Origin: Octopus vulgaris
Lineage: Eukaryota
Assembly (NCBI GenBank): GCA_951406725.2
Contig: OX597820.1
Coordinates: 50,034,001 to 50,098,000 of the forward strand
DNA length: 64,000 bases
Direction of reading: 5' to 3'
Shown: one piece after another, positions 39,553 through 53,186 of the stretch
How positions within the stretch are numbered: the stretch's first letter is position 1
Layout of the letters: every line of letters starts with the position of its first letter
The notes under the pieces: generated by a model
What the model was told of the DNA's origin: nothing
What the model saw: the letters and a program-made list of their open reading frames with translations, nothing else
Database searches by the model: none
Program-made: the position numbers and the translations under genes

Positions 39553-39945
39553 ACAAGAACGCAACGGACGACAATGAAAACATAGGGACAGAAGGTCGAT
39601 ACGAAGATGGACTGGAAAACCAAGAGGAAATTTTCGTGGCTTTCTATTCTTCAGTCAAGCTTCTAATCATCATTACAGTTTCGGCCTGTTACACTTGAGA
39701 CAGTTCAAAATTTGTAGGCCACAAAAATCTAAGCTAAGAGCATTACATTTAATGTCTTTAACTCAGATTTTTGGGGCCTACCAATTTTGAACTGTCTCAA
39801 GTGTAAGAGGTCGAAACTGTAATGATGATTAGCGGCTTGACTGAAGACTAGAAAGCTACGAATATTCCCTCTTGGTTTACCTGTCCATCTTTGTATCGTT
39901 CTTCTGTCCCTATGTTTTTATTGTCGTCCGTTCCGTTTTTCTTAA
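39553..39945. repeat. ~390-bp imperfect inverted repeat (fold-back), probably inverted PLE-like termini
   Basis: Arms aacgcaacggacgacaatgaaaacatagggacagaag... and ...cttctgtccctatgtttttattgtcgtccgttccgtt, with the centre near 39745. Confidence 0.85.
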
Positions 39946-41161
39946 AATTTATACATAAAAAGAGCGGCGTACGTACGCCTTTTGCATAGCTTGTAAGTAA
40001 CTATATATATAGTTGTCAATATACCATATATCTGGATAAGAAACACACTCTAAAGTATAGAGCAGTATAGTGTTAAATCACTAAAGTTAAAGTCTGATCA
40101 TGGGGTGACCAATGGTTTCGCATCTACGAAAGCTGCGGCGTTGGTTTGTTGTTGTTGGCATCTTTTTGTCTCGGGACATGTCCTCTCCAGTCTCCTCTCC
40201 AGTTTTGCGTAGGCCTGGGCTAGATGTAAGAAAATACTGGGTTGCACAATCGTCAGGATTCCTCTCTCGACCTTGCTGTCGTAGTCCAAAGGAGCGCAGA
40301 GCATTACGTTTGGCACCAGCTTGGTTGCAGGAGCTGCCAGAAGAGTGTCGAGTCGAACACTCAGCTTCTTACGGGGCTCCACTCTGGATTTCCTTGAAGG
40401 TTGTCTCCTTTCAGTAATCCTATAGGGGCTCATACCGGGTACTGTCAGCAGGAGCCAGCTGAGTCCGGGACTCGTGTAAGGCAGGGTCGTCACTCCCTGA
40501 AGTAGTGAAGAAAATCGCTACCCACTACCTATGTTGTAGACATATATATCACTATATCGACCAGACTATCGCAGGTTTTCATATACTGTCAGTCACGATG
40601 CACTTTTTTGCATTGCTGTGCCTTTCAAACGATGCCAGTCTGTCTCAGGATAACTCACTAACAGCAGGGTGGACTGGAGCTAGGTGAAATGAAGAGCTTT
40701 GTTATTACAACCATCACCATCATAACACCACCACTACCACCACCGCCCTCCCCCACCACCAGAACAACAACAACAACGACGACGACGACAAAAGCAATGT
40801 TAAAATTTGTGAAAATAGTTTTGAAGTAACATAACGAAATTCTCTTTGACCAGGTCAAAGGATATTGACCGTAGATAAAGGTAACTTTCGTTGAAACGTT
40901 CGCTATAAGTGGACAGTGAAAGTACTGCGAAGAAAAAGACTGAATAACAATGTCGGTGGATAGGCGGACAGGCGAACAAGCGAACAAGCGGATAGGCGGA
41001 CAGTCTAGTGGTAATAATGATGGTGGATAATATACTAATAATAGAGAAAGTGATGGGTATGTGTGTGTAAGTACATGTATGTGTGAGTATATGTATATAT
41101 ATATATGTATGTGTGTGTGTGTGCGTGCGTGTATACAGTGTGCGTATATATATGTGTATAA

Positions 41162-41225
<64 letters not shown>

Positions 41226-41738
41226 GTATATACATACACCTCCACCACATATATATAATAAAAATGGATGTGTGTGTGTGTGTATTTGTCTGGCTGTGTG
41301 TACGCCTATAGGAAGACAAACTATAACGTGGATATGAAAAATTAAAAGTTAATTCTTGTATAAAATTTCACGACGAAGACAATGGAAGTAGACCCGAGTC
41401 TCTAGCCACTCTCCGAAAGGAGCTACCGGCCCTTTTCCAAAACGTACAAAATCGCATTTCAAAAATAAATGAAGGGTCTAACGGATATAATTTTTATATG
41501 CCACTTCCAAATTAACAATAAATAAATGAGAAGTCGCAGGGAATTAACTTTTATCGGATTAACATACTACCTATTTTATTTTTTTATCGGTTTCAGCTCA
41601 AAGCTGTGGCCATGATGGGTCATGCTTGTTCGTCTATATTTTTTAAAACCAGACACTAGCCACTATGAATTATTTCCTTATACCTATTTTTTCTGATTTA
41701 TTAAGGCCATAATTTTTTACTCTTTGATATATATATAG

Positions 41739-41940
41739 GACTTGAGCCTTAAAAATACAAAACATGGTACAAGACTTCTGATGAAGGTACACGACTTCAA
41801 AGATCAAAACTTTTCATACACCCCTCGAGTATATATATATATATATATACTCGAGGGGTGTATGAAAAGTTTTGATCTTTGAAGTCGTGTACCTTCATCA
41901 GAAGTCTTGTACCATGTTTTGTATTTTTAAGGCTCAAGTC
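41739..41940. repeat. Perfect 202-bp palindrome centred on (TA)n, made of a mariner-type MITE
   Basis: gacttgagcc...cccctcgag(TA)n ctcgagggg...ggctcaagtc. No mismatch found by eye. Confidence 0.92.
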
Positions 41941-41959
41941 TTTTGACACACCCCTCACT

Positions 41960-42388
41960 GTTGGATTTTTCTCATAAGGTATTGGAATCTTACATATATA
42001 CCATTCTGCCTAAAAAATGGATCTACAAATTCAATATCTCTATATATCTCACATCGGTTTTCTTGCTTCCACCTCACTCTATTTTGTATCCTATCTAACT
42101 TCATTATTACATAACCATCCTCTCACACCGTCTCCGAAGAAGGGTATAATTAATAAATATCCTGGAAATAGCTGTAAGACCTATCTATAAATGTTCTAGC
42201 TACACAGCCTTTTTTTTTTATCTCATTATGCAAAAAATTCTTATATACACACGCTGGCATATGACCAAAGTTGAACTCCTTATTCGCAAAATCACCGAAC
42301 CTGGAACTTAACTATGGCCAGTCTATAGCACTTATTCTGCATTACCTGACACCTTTGGGTCTCAATAACACCATTACCTCTTATAACA
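41960..42388 (+). mobile_element. PLE-like 3' module ending in (TA)n, hammerhead-like motif at 42130-42180
   Basis: GTCT-CCGAAGA-AGGGTAT...ATATCCT-G-GAAA-TAGCTG-TA-AGAC. Confidence 0.6.
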
Positions 42389-42403
42389 TATATATATATA
42401 TAT

Positions 42404-42592
42404 AGGGAAAGTTTACGAAAAAAACAAAAGACGAAGACAGGTGGTGTACAAAACAAATAGATGTATTAGTATAACGCACAGGAATAGAAAAAGTCTTTTA
42501 CGTTTCGAGCCTACGCTCTTCTACAGAAAAGGACACAGAAAAAAAACAAGGAGAGAAACAAGGAGAAAAAAATGTGTGTAGTGGCTAACGAT
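42404..42592 (-). mobile_element. Family C PLE-derived module, hammerhead-like motif at 42493-42531
   Basis: Minus strand: CTTTT-CTGTAGA-A-GAGC gtag GCTC-GAAAC-GTA-AAAG. TA runs on both sides. Confidence 0.7.
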
Positions 42593-43378
42593 ATATATAT
42601 ATATGTTTAAGAGTATCATTCTACTGGAGATAATGTAGTTAACTGCAGTGCTGATGGCACCTATCTTCGAAAAAGTATTGTCTATATTTGTCTTCCATAC
42701 ACAATCAAATTGTCTTTTCCTTAATGACATAGTGATTTTGGAGAACTGATTCTTGAAATTATCACTCCTAATCATTAGCAGTTGTTCAGAATTTCAAAAC
42801 AACGAATGTTCTCTGGAAATGGATATAATTTCAAATAATCAATAGTTTAGTTGTGTGAATTTATTGTCTTCGACATTTACTGCATGTATATATGCATGTA
42901 ATATATAAAGTATGATGCTTATACAATTAAGGCAAAAATTTATGGCTTCGTATACGGACGAGTGATAATACACACACACATACGCAAATTTGCCCTATTA
43001 TGCAAATCAAACTGATCAGATTAGCAGTGTCTAAAATGACAGACTATAAATATCTATTAATCTTCACAGAAATAAGATAAATATTGCTTCTCTGCTAAAG
43101 TTCTAAGTAGATTGATGCTAAATATACGATCGAATCTATATTTTCCGCCCTTGGAGAGATGAAAAAAGAAATTCCATGAAGTAAAAGACAAATTGAATTG
43201 AGACAAGCGTACAAATCTGGACACATGTTCTGCCTCTGTTAAGAGTTCATCATATATGGTATTTATCACATGCTTGCTCATCTATATTTTTTAAAACCAA
43301 ACACTAGCCACTATGAATTATTTCCACTAGCTGTTTTATTTAGGCCATAAATGTTTTTTTTTTACTCCTTTATATATA

Positions 43379-43484
43379 CGAGGGGTGTATGAAAAGTTTT
43401 GAGCCTTGAAGTCTTATACCTTCATCAGAAGTCTTGTACCATCTTTTATTTGTTTTAGGCTCAAGTCTTTTGATACAACCCTCG
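43379..43484. mobile_element. 106-bp mariner-type MITE
   Basis: TIRs cgaggggtgtatgaaaag...ttgagcct and aggctcaag...cttttgatacaaccctcg. Paralogous to about 41852-41957. Confidence 0.8.
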
Positions 43485-43504
43485 TGTATATATAAATATA
43501 TATA

Positions 43505-43702
43505 TGTGTGACCGCGTGTGTACCGTTGGCAATTTTTTCCCCCCGTCTTCCCTTCTTTGGATCTTTCCTTTTCCTATGTTTCTGACGAAGACCTCCGCTC
43601 GAAACGTTAAACCCTCCTTCTTTCCTTCTTTCCTGAGCGTCCAATAATACTATACTTGTTCTTCGTCCTCGCTTTTTTGTGTTTTCATGTTTGGATTAAC
43701 TA
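43505..43702 (+). mobile_element. Family A PLE-derived module, hammerhead motif with canonical CTGACGA core at 43578-43612
   Basis: GTTT-CTGACGA-A-GACC tcc GCTC-GAAAC-GTT-AAAC. Ends in (TA)n. Confidence 0.78.
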
Positions 43703-43996
43703 TATATATATATATGTATTTGCATAATAGGGCAAATATACATAAATACCTGTATGTATGTATGTATGAAATTCTGTGGTGTAATTTCTTTTTTACTTTC
43801 GCAGTGAGTCTTCATGTGTCCCTTCTGAACATTGAAAGTACGGCTCTAACGAATCGTGTGACCAATGCGTTAACCATTAATTTCAACATTTGCAAAGCAG
43901 AATTATTGCTAAGTCAAGAAAGAGTAACGCAAAATAAAATCAAGAGTACCATTTAACGGTAGTTTCACATCATCGAAAATAATAAAACTTAACTCA

Positions 43997-44200
43997 AGGA
44001 TGACAAGCTGACAGAATCGTTAACACACCGGCTAAACTGCTTAGCGACATTTCGTCTCTATTTATGTGTGAAGTTCAAATTCCGTCGAGGTCGACTTTGC
44101 ATTTCGTCCTTTCGGGGTCGATGAAACAAGTACCAGTCGTGCACTGGGATCGACGTAATCGACTAGACTATTGTCCAGAAGTAACTGTTCTTGTGCATAC
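43997..44200 (+). mobile_element. Meta-like SINE, diverged
   Basis: gttcaaattccgtcgaggtcgactttgcatttcgtcctttcggggtcgatgaaacaagtaccag. Confidence 0.75.
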
Positions 44201-47200
44201 GTAGTTAATAATGAATTAGGAATAGTGGGAAGTAAGATCATGGAGTTGAGTTAAGGATGTGGGATCGTAGAAATATGATGGGTTGCAGAAAGAATAAGGA
44301 AGAGAAAAATGGATGAAATTCTAGACAAGCGTGTTTCTACTTTTTTTTTAACTATGGACACCTTTGATTCTTAACTTACTCGGCTGGACCCTCACAGCTA
44401 TTCTGTTTAAAAATCCTATTATATTTTTATAATTAAATATCAGGAATTGCATTAAACAAAATTTTAAAAACTATCGTAAATGAACCCCGATTGAGGACCA
44501 CTGTCGTAGACAAATAAAAAGATAAGAGGGAAAGATTCTATTTAGAGTAAGAAAGTGGGAAAGATGTGGGAAGCATCTGTTAAAATTATTCAGAAACAAC
44601 AAAAAGCAAAACGAGTATATATGGTAGTCAGTGAATTCCAAAATTACGAGACTATTGGTAAGGTATATGGTATTTTTAATGAAAAATTATATATAAATAA
44701 ATATATATTAATTATAATAAAAGCATCTTCTTGTCTATGTCCCACTATAAAATATTCGGTGTTTGGAGGAAACAGTTGAAATAAACTTTTAAAACGTATT
44801 GCAGTATTTTGTGGATGCAATGTGGCTGCGTTGCTGTATAATTCAGCTACAATTTAGGTTTTTGAAAGGGCTCTGTTAGAAAAAACGTAACACACACATA
44901 CAATTATACATACATATATATATACACATATACATATACGTACTTACATACATATATACCTACATACATGCTGATATATATGCTCATATACAACTACACA
45001 ATAGGTAAACAAACAACAATGGCTAAAAACTGCTCCAAACAGTTACCAGGATAACATGCTAAATAAATAAAGGATGAGTCTGAATAAATTCAGAAATACT
45101 ATTTCGCTATAGTTTCATCTATCGAAGCAACTGCAATAGGATTGAATTAAATTTTAAAATATTGTTTATATAGTTCAAATATGTAATTACCTCTAGTTTG
45201 CATTTGCATTTATTTGTTTATTTTTTCCATATATGCAAGAAAAGATAATAATACTTGCATATTGTAGAACAGGGGTTCCGAGACCTTTTTTCACATTCAT
45301 ATAACATGCATAATGGTGTCCTATAGCATACTTACCTGACACCAGTCATAAACAACTGAGGTTTTTCTTTTTTTTTTTTCTATTCCACATTGAAACATTA
45401 AATGCATTAAAGTCCTGTCTGAAATGCTAGAACTTACATCGCAAATTATCATAATTTCCATATATTTCTGAGTCCATTATGTAGAGAAATATGCTGTCAG
45501 TTCTAAGCATATAGCAACAGGGAAGTTTTTTTTGTTTTCATGGTTTTTTTTTCTTTTCTTTCCGCTCTATTTTCATCGGAAAAGATTTATAAGAGTGGAA
45601 TACTGTGGAAATGACTAAAAACCGGAATGTTGTTTGTTTAGAAAATAAAAATGACTTTTTTCTAAAAGAAAACATATTCGAAATAATAAAGTATAATGGC
45701 TTCGCGACACACGTTTTCCCCAAAGCACTAGGTAAATAGTTCAACATAAATCCAACTAAATATCTTGTTTCATACATGAAATATGAAATACATTAATTTT
45801 CATAAAGGAAAAATGCTTCCTCTTCTAAACGTATATTTAGTTGAAACAAAGAAAGTATCTCATTTTACGTTTTGCTTTCACTGATTTCATATTTAGCATT
45901 TATAAATATGAAAGTACATGAAAATAAGTGGAACACCCCCAAAGTGTTTATTACATAGGAAATCATAAGAATTATTTTATATCAAAACATTGTTGCACTT
46001 ATCGTTCTCTGATGCTATTTTGAAGTCTGAAAACCAAAATTCTGTTCTTATGTACTGTGAATATCCCACGTAATATTCGATTATATTATAATTATTGATA
46101 AAGATTTGTTCTTTCTTGATAACGTAAAGATATTAAAATTAATTACATTCAATATTCCGATCACAAAATGCTCAGATTTTGTTTACTATTTTTATTATGC
46201 TTTTAACACTACAATACTCATGATTTCATTTATTTTGCAGAGTTTTAAGGAAATTACCGTCTTTTATAATCAAATTTAGGTGCAATCATATCTATGAGGT
46301 TAAGGTGTTCACTTCGCAACTCTGTAGTAGTTATGTGCTTAATTCTAGTATATAGTACTTTGCCCCTCAAGCATAGTGTGTCTATGTCTGTGAGAGTATG
46401 TGTGTTCATATGTTTGCATTAATGTGTTTAGTACATGTCTATTAAAGGAACATTATTGTTCAAAGCGAAGCTATAGTATAAAACGTTTGCTGAAGAAATT
46501 AGAATCTAATGGTTCGGTGCTGTCATTTTGCAGTCACCTGCCAATATTAGATTAGTAGAGTTTCTCTAATATAGTCCCCTTACATTTTTACATCACTCCG
46601 ACATGATTTTGAAAGATTTATAAGAATTACAGCACGAAATTTAATCAAGGATATCAACAGCAAAGGCGCAACTTTGTATATTTGTCTTTCATGTGTTTTC
46701 AAACAGGTAGCAGATGTGCAAAGCGTTGTATATAAAGAACAGTACGGCTATGATGGGGTGTTGGTCTCTTGACGTGATTCCTTATGCTAAACAAGATTAG
46801 GTTTTTGAAAGTTTAATACAATTGGAGTGAATCCTCTATATGGCATTCGTTTCTCATATGAGTATAGCAACGATAACGATGAAAGCATTTTAAATCCAAA
46901 ACCTAATAATTCTATAAAATTGTAAACTAAAGTTATAAAGGATTTTTTACAGAACTGAGGCGATTTCTAGTGATTGGTTAATCACTTTTCTATCTGACCA
47001 AAATCGTTTTTGGAATGCTCTGTATCCAATTCAAGCCTTTTCAGTTTTCAAATTACATCATATCTCGTCCCTTGAACAAGCATATTTGGTTTCAGATGCG
47101 GTTCATCTGGGGCAGAAGCAAACGTCACCTTAGTTTTCATCAGATCTTTTCGAAGTCCAAAACAATGTACACGTACAGGAGAAGAGATCCATTATTTTAA

Positions 47201-48218
47201 AAAATATCTTGCCCTTTGTGAGTCAGGTGATCATAATGGATATAATTCTATAAATCGTAAACTAAAGTTATAAAGGAGTTTTTTTACAGAACTAAGGCGA
47301 TTTCTAGTGACTGGTTAATCTGTTGTACACTAAAGGTCAAGGCCTATAGTGTATTTCATAATGTTAATACTACTGCTGTGACGTACACAGAGAAAGAAGG
47401 TGTGTATGCACATCCCTATTGACACCGTTGTACATAGAAATTGGTTCTGACAGAACAGCATTAGATTTTTTAATAAGATTTAATACCAGTGACTAGCTGT
47501 CAAAAAACAATTTTAAAAAAAATGAAATAAATAATATTACTTTTGCAGAATTTTGCAAAGTGCATATCTATTCTCCAAATGAAAAGCTTTTGCTACAGGA
47601 AAAAAAAAAATTGTTAGTAAAGGTCACCACACAGGGCAATTTTCCTACCGCTGTCAGATAACAAATTTCATATCTGTGGTGCCAGAACGAGATCTACATC
47701 TGCATTTAGACTCCGAGGCAACAATAGTACATGTGTGTGTCTGCAAAAATTCGAGAAGAGCCTGAGTAAAATCTTTTCCTGCTGTTTCAAATACTAGGAG
47801 GGTTGCAAAATTTTGACTTTACAGGTTAACCCCTTTTCAACTATCTCGGTATAGTATTTATCCAATGTTGTGGAACTAGTGAACCACTCCAAATACTGGT
47901 ACTCAAATCCAACCATTTCAACTGGGTTCTAGTAAAAGCAATCTCAGAATAACATGCCGCGTCCTAAACATATATTTGATACTCAAAAATCATACTTTTC
48001 TTTTCTCCGATCTAAAGATGCAGCGACTCTGTTCAATTATACAAAGGATATTTTGAACGATGGGCAGAGAACTTTGCAACACTTTTACATAATCCACTAT
48101 TTATAGACAGACATATTATAGAAAACCTTATTCCCGCACCGTTATTAAAGAAATGGGAGTCATATAGAGAAAAAAGAAGAGAGACGGAGAGAGAGAGAGA
48201 ACGAGAGAAACAGAGAAG

Positions 48219-48261
<43 letters not shown>

Positions 48262-48771
48262 GAAAAAGTGAGACAGATAGTTAGGAATACACCTGTACCT
48301 AGATAGAGAGAGAGAGGGTGAGAGAGAGATGGAGGGAGAGAAAATTGTCATTAAACTAAACAATTGAGAAAATACCTAGGAATTGATGGTATCCATCTAA
48401 GTTAATAAACATGGTGGGAATAGTATTGGTAAGTCTGCGTCTAAGGAAACATGTTAATAAAAATGTGTTTATGTGCATGCGCTCGTATGTGAACATGTTC
48501 ATGTGTTTCTGTGCTTGTATGTGAATGTAATCTGCGCACGCACCCTCTGAAACATGCGCTTATATTTACAAGCACATTACACATACACTCACACACACAC
48601 ATAAACATGCATATATATGTGTGTGTATGTGTGCGTTGTATATGTGTGGTGTGTGTGTAGAATAACATACTAACAAATACTAGGTAATTTGCAAACATGT
48701 GACCTCGTAGTTATTTCCTTAAAGAGTTTTAAAGAATTACATCCGTAACAAAAATAAGTTATCACACACGC

Positions 48772-48874
<103 letters not shown>

Positions 48875-49091
48875 ACACACATACACTCACACACACACAC
48901 ACGCACGCACGCACGCGCGCACATACACAAACAACCACAAACGCACATGTATGTATATATATATCTATATATCTATATCTATCTATATATATATATATAT
49001 TTATATTTATATTTATATACATATCTGTGTATGAGTGCATATATATATGGGAATGTAAGTGCTATCTTCCCTTTCTCTATCTGTCATTCAC

Positions 49092-49126
<35 letters not shown>

Positions 49127-49698
49127 CACACAAACACACACATACATCTTTGCGTCTATATATAAAAAAGAAGCCCCCAATCTATATATGATGGCTAATT
49201 ACAATAAACAGGCATAATGTAAGGAGGTATAAATATATTACATAGATATTGTTTTCTACTAAGTCACCACGTGCTAAGAAATCAAAATTAAGAATTTGAT
49301 ATATTCATATTTAATTCATTATAATACATTTACTGTCAATGTTATACTCAACTGCAGCAATAAATTCCTCCAAATATTACTGATTTACATATGCATGCAT
49401 AGATACATACATACATTCATTCATGCATGTTTGTATGCACGTATGTATGTATGTATTTATGTATGTATGTATGTACGTATGTATGTATGTATGTATGTAT
49501 GTATGTATGTATGTACGTATGTATGTATGTATGTATGTATGTATGTATGCATGTATGTACGCGTGAGTGTCTAGTGTACATATACATATATTACATATAT
49601 ATATATATATATATATATACGTATGTATGTATCTTAATCATACTACCGTATATATGTATATGAAAGTAAGTATATATATATACACACACACATACAAA

Positions 49699-49736
<38 letters not shown>

Positions 49737-49763
49737 CACACACACACATATATATATATATTG

Positions 49764-49797
<34 letters not shown>

Positions 49798-52700
49798 ATA
49801 TATAATAATTGTTTATGTGATTGTGTGTCTGTGAGTTTGTACTGTAATCTTTGCGGGTGTTAATAGGAGAGCGGAATGGAAATTGGATGGCTTGACCTCT
49901 GGCCAGCGCAGACCAAATTCTTAGCCAAATCGACACTAAGATTCGTAAAGTAATGACCTTTGGTGTTACGAAGAAGCATTTTTCAAGTTAATCTGATAAA
50001 AGTATATGATATATAATTAATAACTGGCAGATTTATTAGCAGTGCTAACTCCAATTACATTTTAGAATACATTGGAGATAACGTATGTATGTAAATATTA
50101 TTGCCAGTACACATACTCACCGACTTAATTAGACATTGTGTATTTTCACTGAATAAATCTCCCATTTATACCAATTGAATATATACTGTGTACAATCCTT
50201 GCGTGTCTATTCACCACGTAGTATATCTTCTGTTTTCTTTAAATGTTAAAACTTAATATATTTCTAGGTAGAGCAGTGGGTATGATTTTCGCTGCTTCAT
50301 AAAGGCTAACTACTTTCTGATATATGAAAAATCTCGCTTTCGTCTCAAGTCAATATAACTACTACTCGTGGTCGATTATTATAATGCATTATACAACTAC
50401 ACCACCAATTTTCTGGTATTCTTGGTTCCAAAGCCTCAGTGGACCACCCGTTTACTGGACCATCCGTGATCACATAATAATTATTCCACTCACTTCTAAC
50501 CAATTAATTATGCAGATTATAGCAGATGCCAGATCATCGAATGTCGAAAATCAATGGTTTGTTGTATGTGGAATAGCCAATCGAGATGAAGTGGCTGAGG
50601 AGTCGAAAAGTCGTCAAAACAGAATAATGTTCTGTGTCGATATACTTAGAGATAAAAATTCAGTAAACCATTCTGTTGGTTTGAGAAAATGAAAGAGATG
50701 TGGGTTAAAGGTATTACAAAAAAAGAAAGTACCTCGTAAAAGAAATATAAGGAGGCAACCTAAACAACACAACATACGCGAAAACACGTGGTGAGAAAAA
50801 CAGTCAGCCACAAGGAACTACGGTAGGACGTTTTTATTTAAAAATACAAAGCAACATACCAATACACGTAATATACAAGAATACGATAAACGAAACAAAC
50901 CTTTCTTTGATCAAAACGTTAGTAAACAAAACAATTATTCATTTTATCAAAATATTACAGGAAGAAAAACTGGGAAGAAAGCACATTCAACAATCTCAAT
51001 AAATATCACCTATTAGAAACAAAACAAACTAAAAAACATACTAGACTGTCGAATAAACCCCCAAATTTCTTTTGACAAACTGAAAACATAAATAATATGC
51101 CCATACCTAGAAACAAAAGAAAAAAACATACCTAACTAAACACCACAACAAAAACTACAAAGCTCACCAGAGGAAAGATGTTAATAATAGAAGAAATAAT
51201 AGATGAAAACCGAATGTATTTTTAGGGTCAGGACAGTAAACACCAGAGAAAGAAAAAAGTTCAAGAAGAAACAATTGTGAAACAATAGATAGGATAGACC
51301 CGAAAATTATAAATCTGTCAAAAAGAAATATAGACAGTGACGAACTGCGATTATTGATGAAAGGATTAAAATTCACACCTACACCTACAGTCAACCATTT
51401 GAGGGAGATATCCAAAACTTTTTTCGGAAACTTCGACTTGTGGAGATTTTTACTGATAAAATAATGAGAATGGCGCATCCATGGCGAAAAATAAATAAAA
51501 ATTTAATCCACCAAAAGGACGAAATACACATCTATATCAGTTCATTGATATCCACTCCAGATTTCCTTTGAGGCATAATACCAATGTCAGACCAAACATT
51601 TCAAAACTAGAAAAGTTTGCTCTTATACGTCTTCAAAATGACAACACAATTATCATCAAACGATCAGATAAAGGGGGCGCCAATATTATAATGGATACGG
51701 ATTATTATCGGGATCTAGCTGAAGATCATATAAAACATTTAACGTTTTACCATGAAATGACCTCGAATATTAACCGCCGCAACATGAAGAAATTCAATTA
51801 TTTAGTCTCAAAACATTATAACTCCCTCACTCCTAATAAAAGAGACTATATTACCAATATCGAATCAAAATCCAGCAACTTCTATGGCTTACCCAAAATA
51901 AACAAGTCAAAAGAAATACAGAACGCTATAAAGGAACAATGTTGTGAATACATTAAACTACTACAACCAAAAGACCTTAAACTAAGACACATTATAGTTG
52001 GTCCCGCCTGTCCCACACGTCGTCTGAGCAACCTCCTTGACGTTATCCTAAATCCACTATGTAATCACATACACAGTTTCATTCGAGATGACATCGATTT
52101 CCTGTTACCTCTGCCAAAACAACAGATTCCCATTCACTATTATTTTTGATGTAACAAACTAATATACAAACATTCCACATGATTTGGGACTTACTGCCAT
52201 AAAATATTGCGTCGAGAAACATAGAGAATCAATCCCCAGTAGATTTATTGTAAACTTCATACTAGACACAGTCAGTCTCATCCTCGAAAACAATACATTC
52301 CTTTTCAATGGAAAAAAAACTACCTCCAAGTTCGAGGCACAGCTGTGGGGACGCGATTTGCTCCAGTTTTCGCAAACTCAGTATTGGGATACTTGGAACA
52401 AAACCTATACAAAAATTGATTGAGCTTTAAAAGACATATAGAGGACACATGGAAAAGATACTTCGATGTTTGTTTCCTGATTTAATGCAGTAGAAAATCT
52501 GGAAGAATCCAGCACCCTCCTCAATAACCTACACGCTAGTCTTAAATTCACGAGAGGAATGAACAATTACCATTTCTTGACATAATGGTAATTAAAAACA
52601 ACACCACATTCACGACTGATATTTATTACAAAAGCAGAGATACACACCTGTACCTAAACTTCAAATCATGCCACCCAACACACACAAAATGCAACACCAC

Positions 52701-52848
52701 CTACTGTCTTGCCAGGAAACTTTGTACTATAGTCAATGATCCAAATACCAGCAACACACTCAAAGGATTTCTGCCCAAGCAAAATTAGCCTCTCCTATCT
52801 ATAGAAAATAACATACAAGGAGCAAAAGAGATACCTATAGAATAACTT

Positions 52849-53186
52849 CTTTGACCCCCTTTGATCATGACTGACCATGGGATTGCACCTAGAAAGTTAC
52901 CGTCCCAGGCACAAGTCCGGGCAAGGTTGTTCATGGAAGACTAGCAATCGCTCATGCATACCGGCCTCTCCTCTCCACGCCACCAGTATTATCCAAGGGA
53001 AAGGCAAAGGCCGATACAGCTTGGTACCTGTAACGTCGCAACTCATTTCGAGAGCTGAGTGAAGTAGAGCAACGTGAAATAAAGTGTCTTGCTCAAGAAC
53101 ACAACACGCAACCCTGTCCGGGATTCGAACTCACAATCTCACGATCGTAAGATCGACGCTCTAACTACTGAGCCATGCACCTTCAC
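52849..53186 (-). mobile_element. tRNA-derived SINE (fourth family) inserted in the PLE, 10-bp TSD
   Basis: agaataactt at 52839-52848 and 53187-53196. Head tggctcagtagttagagcg...gttcgaatccc (A and B boxes). Confidence 0.88.

Noticed and set aside
41778-41810. CTGATGAAGG motif in the MITE
   Set aside because: No stem II/GAAA arrangement follows. It is part of a TIR element.
52849-53186. tRNA-like A/B boxes here and in the other SINE heads
   Set aside because: They are SINE heads with TSDs and non-tRNA bodies, not tRNA genes.
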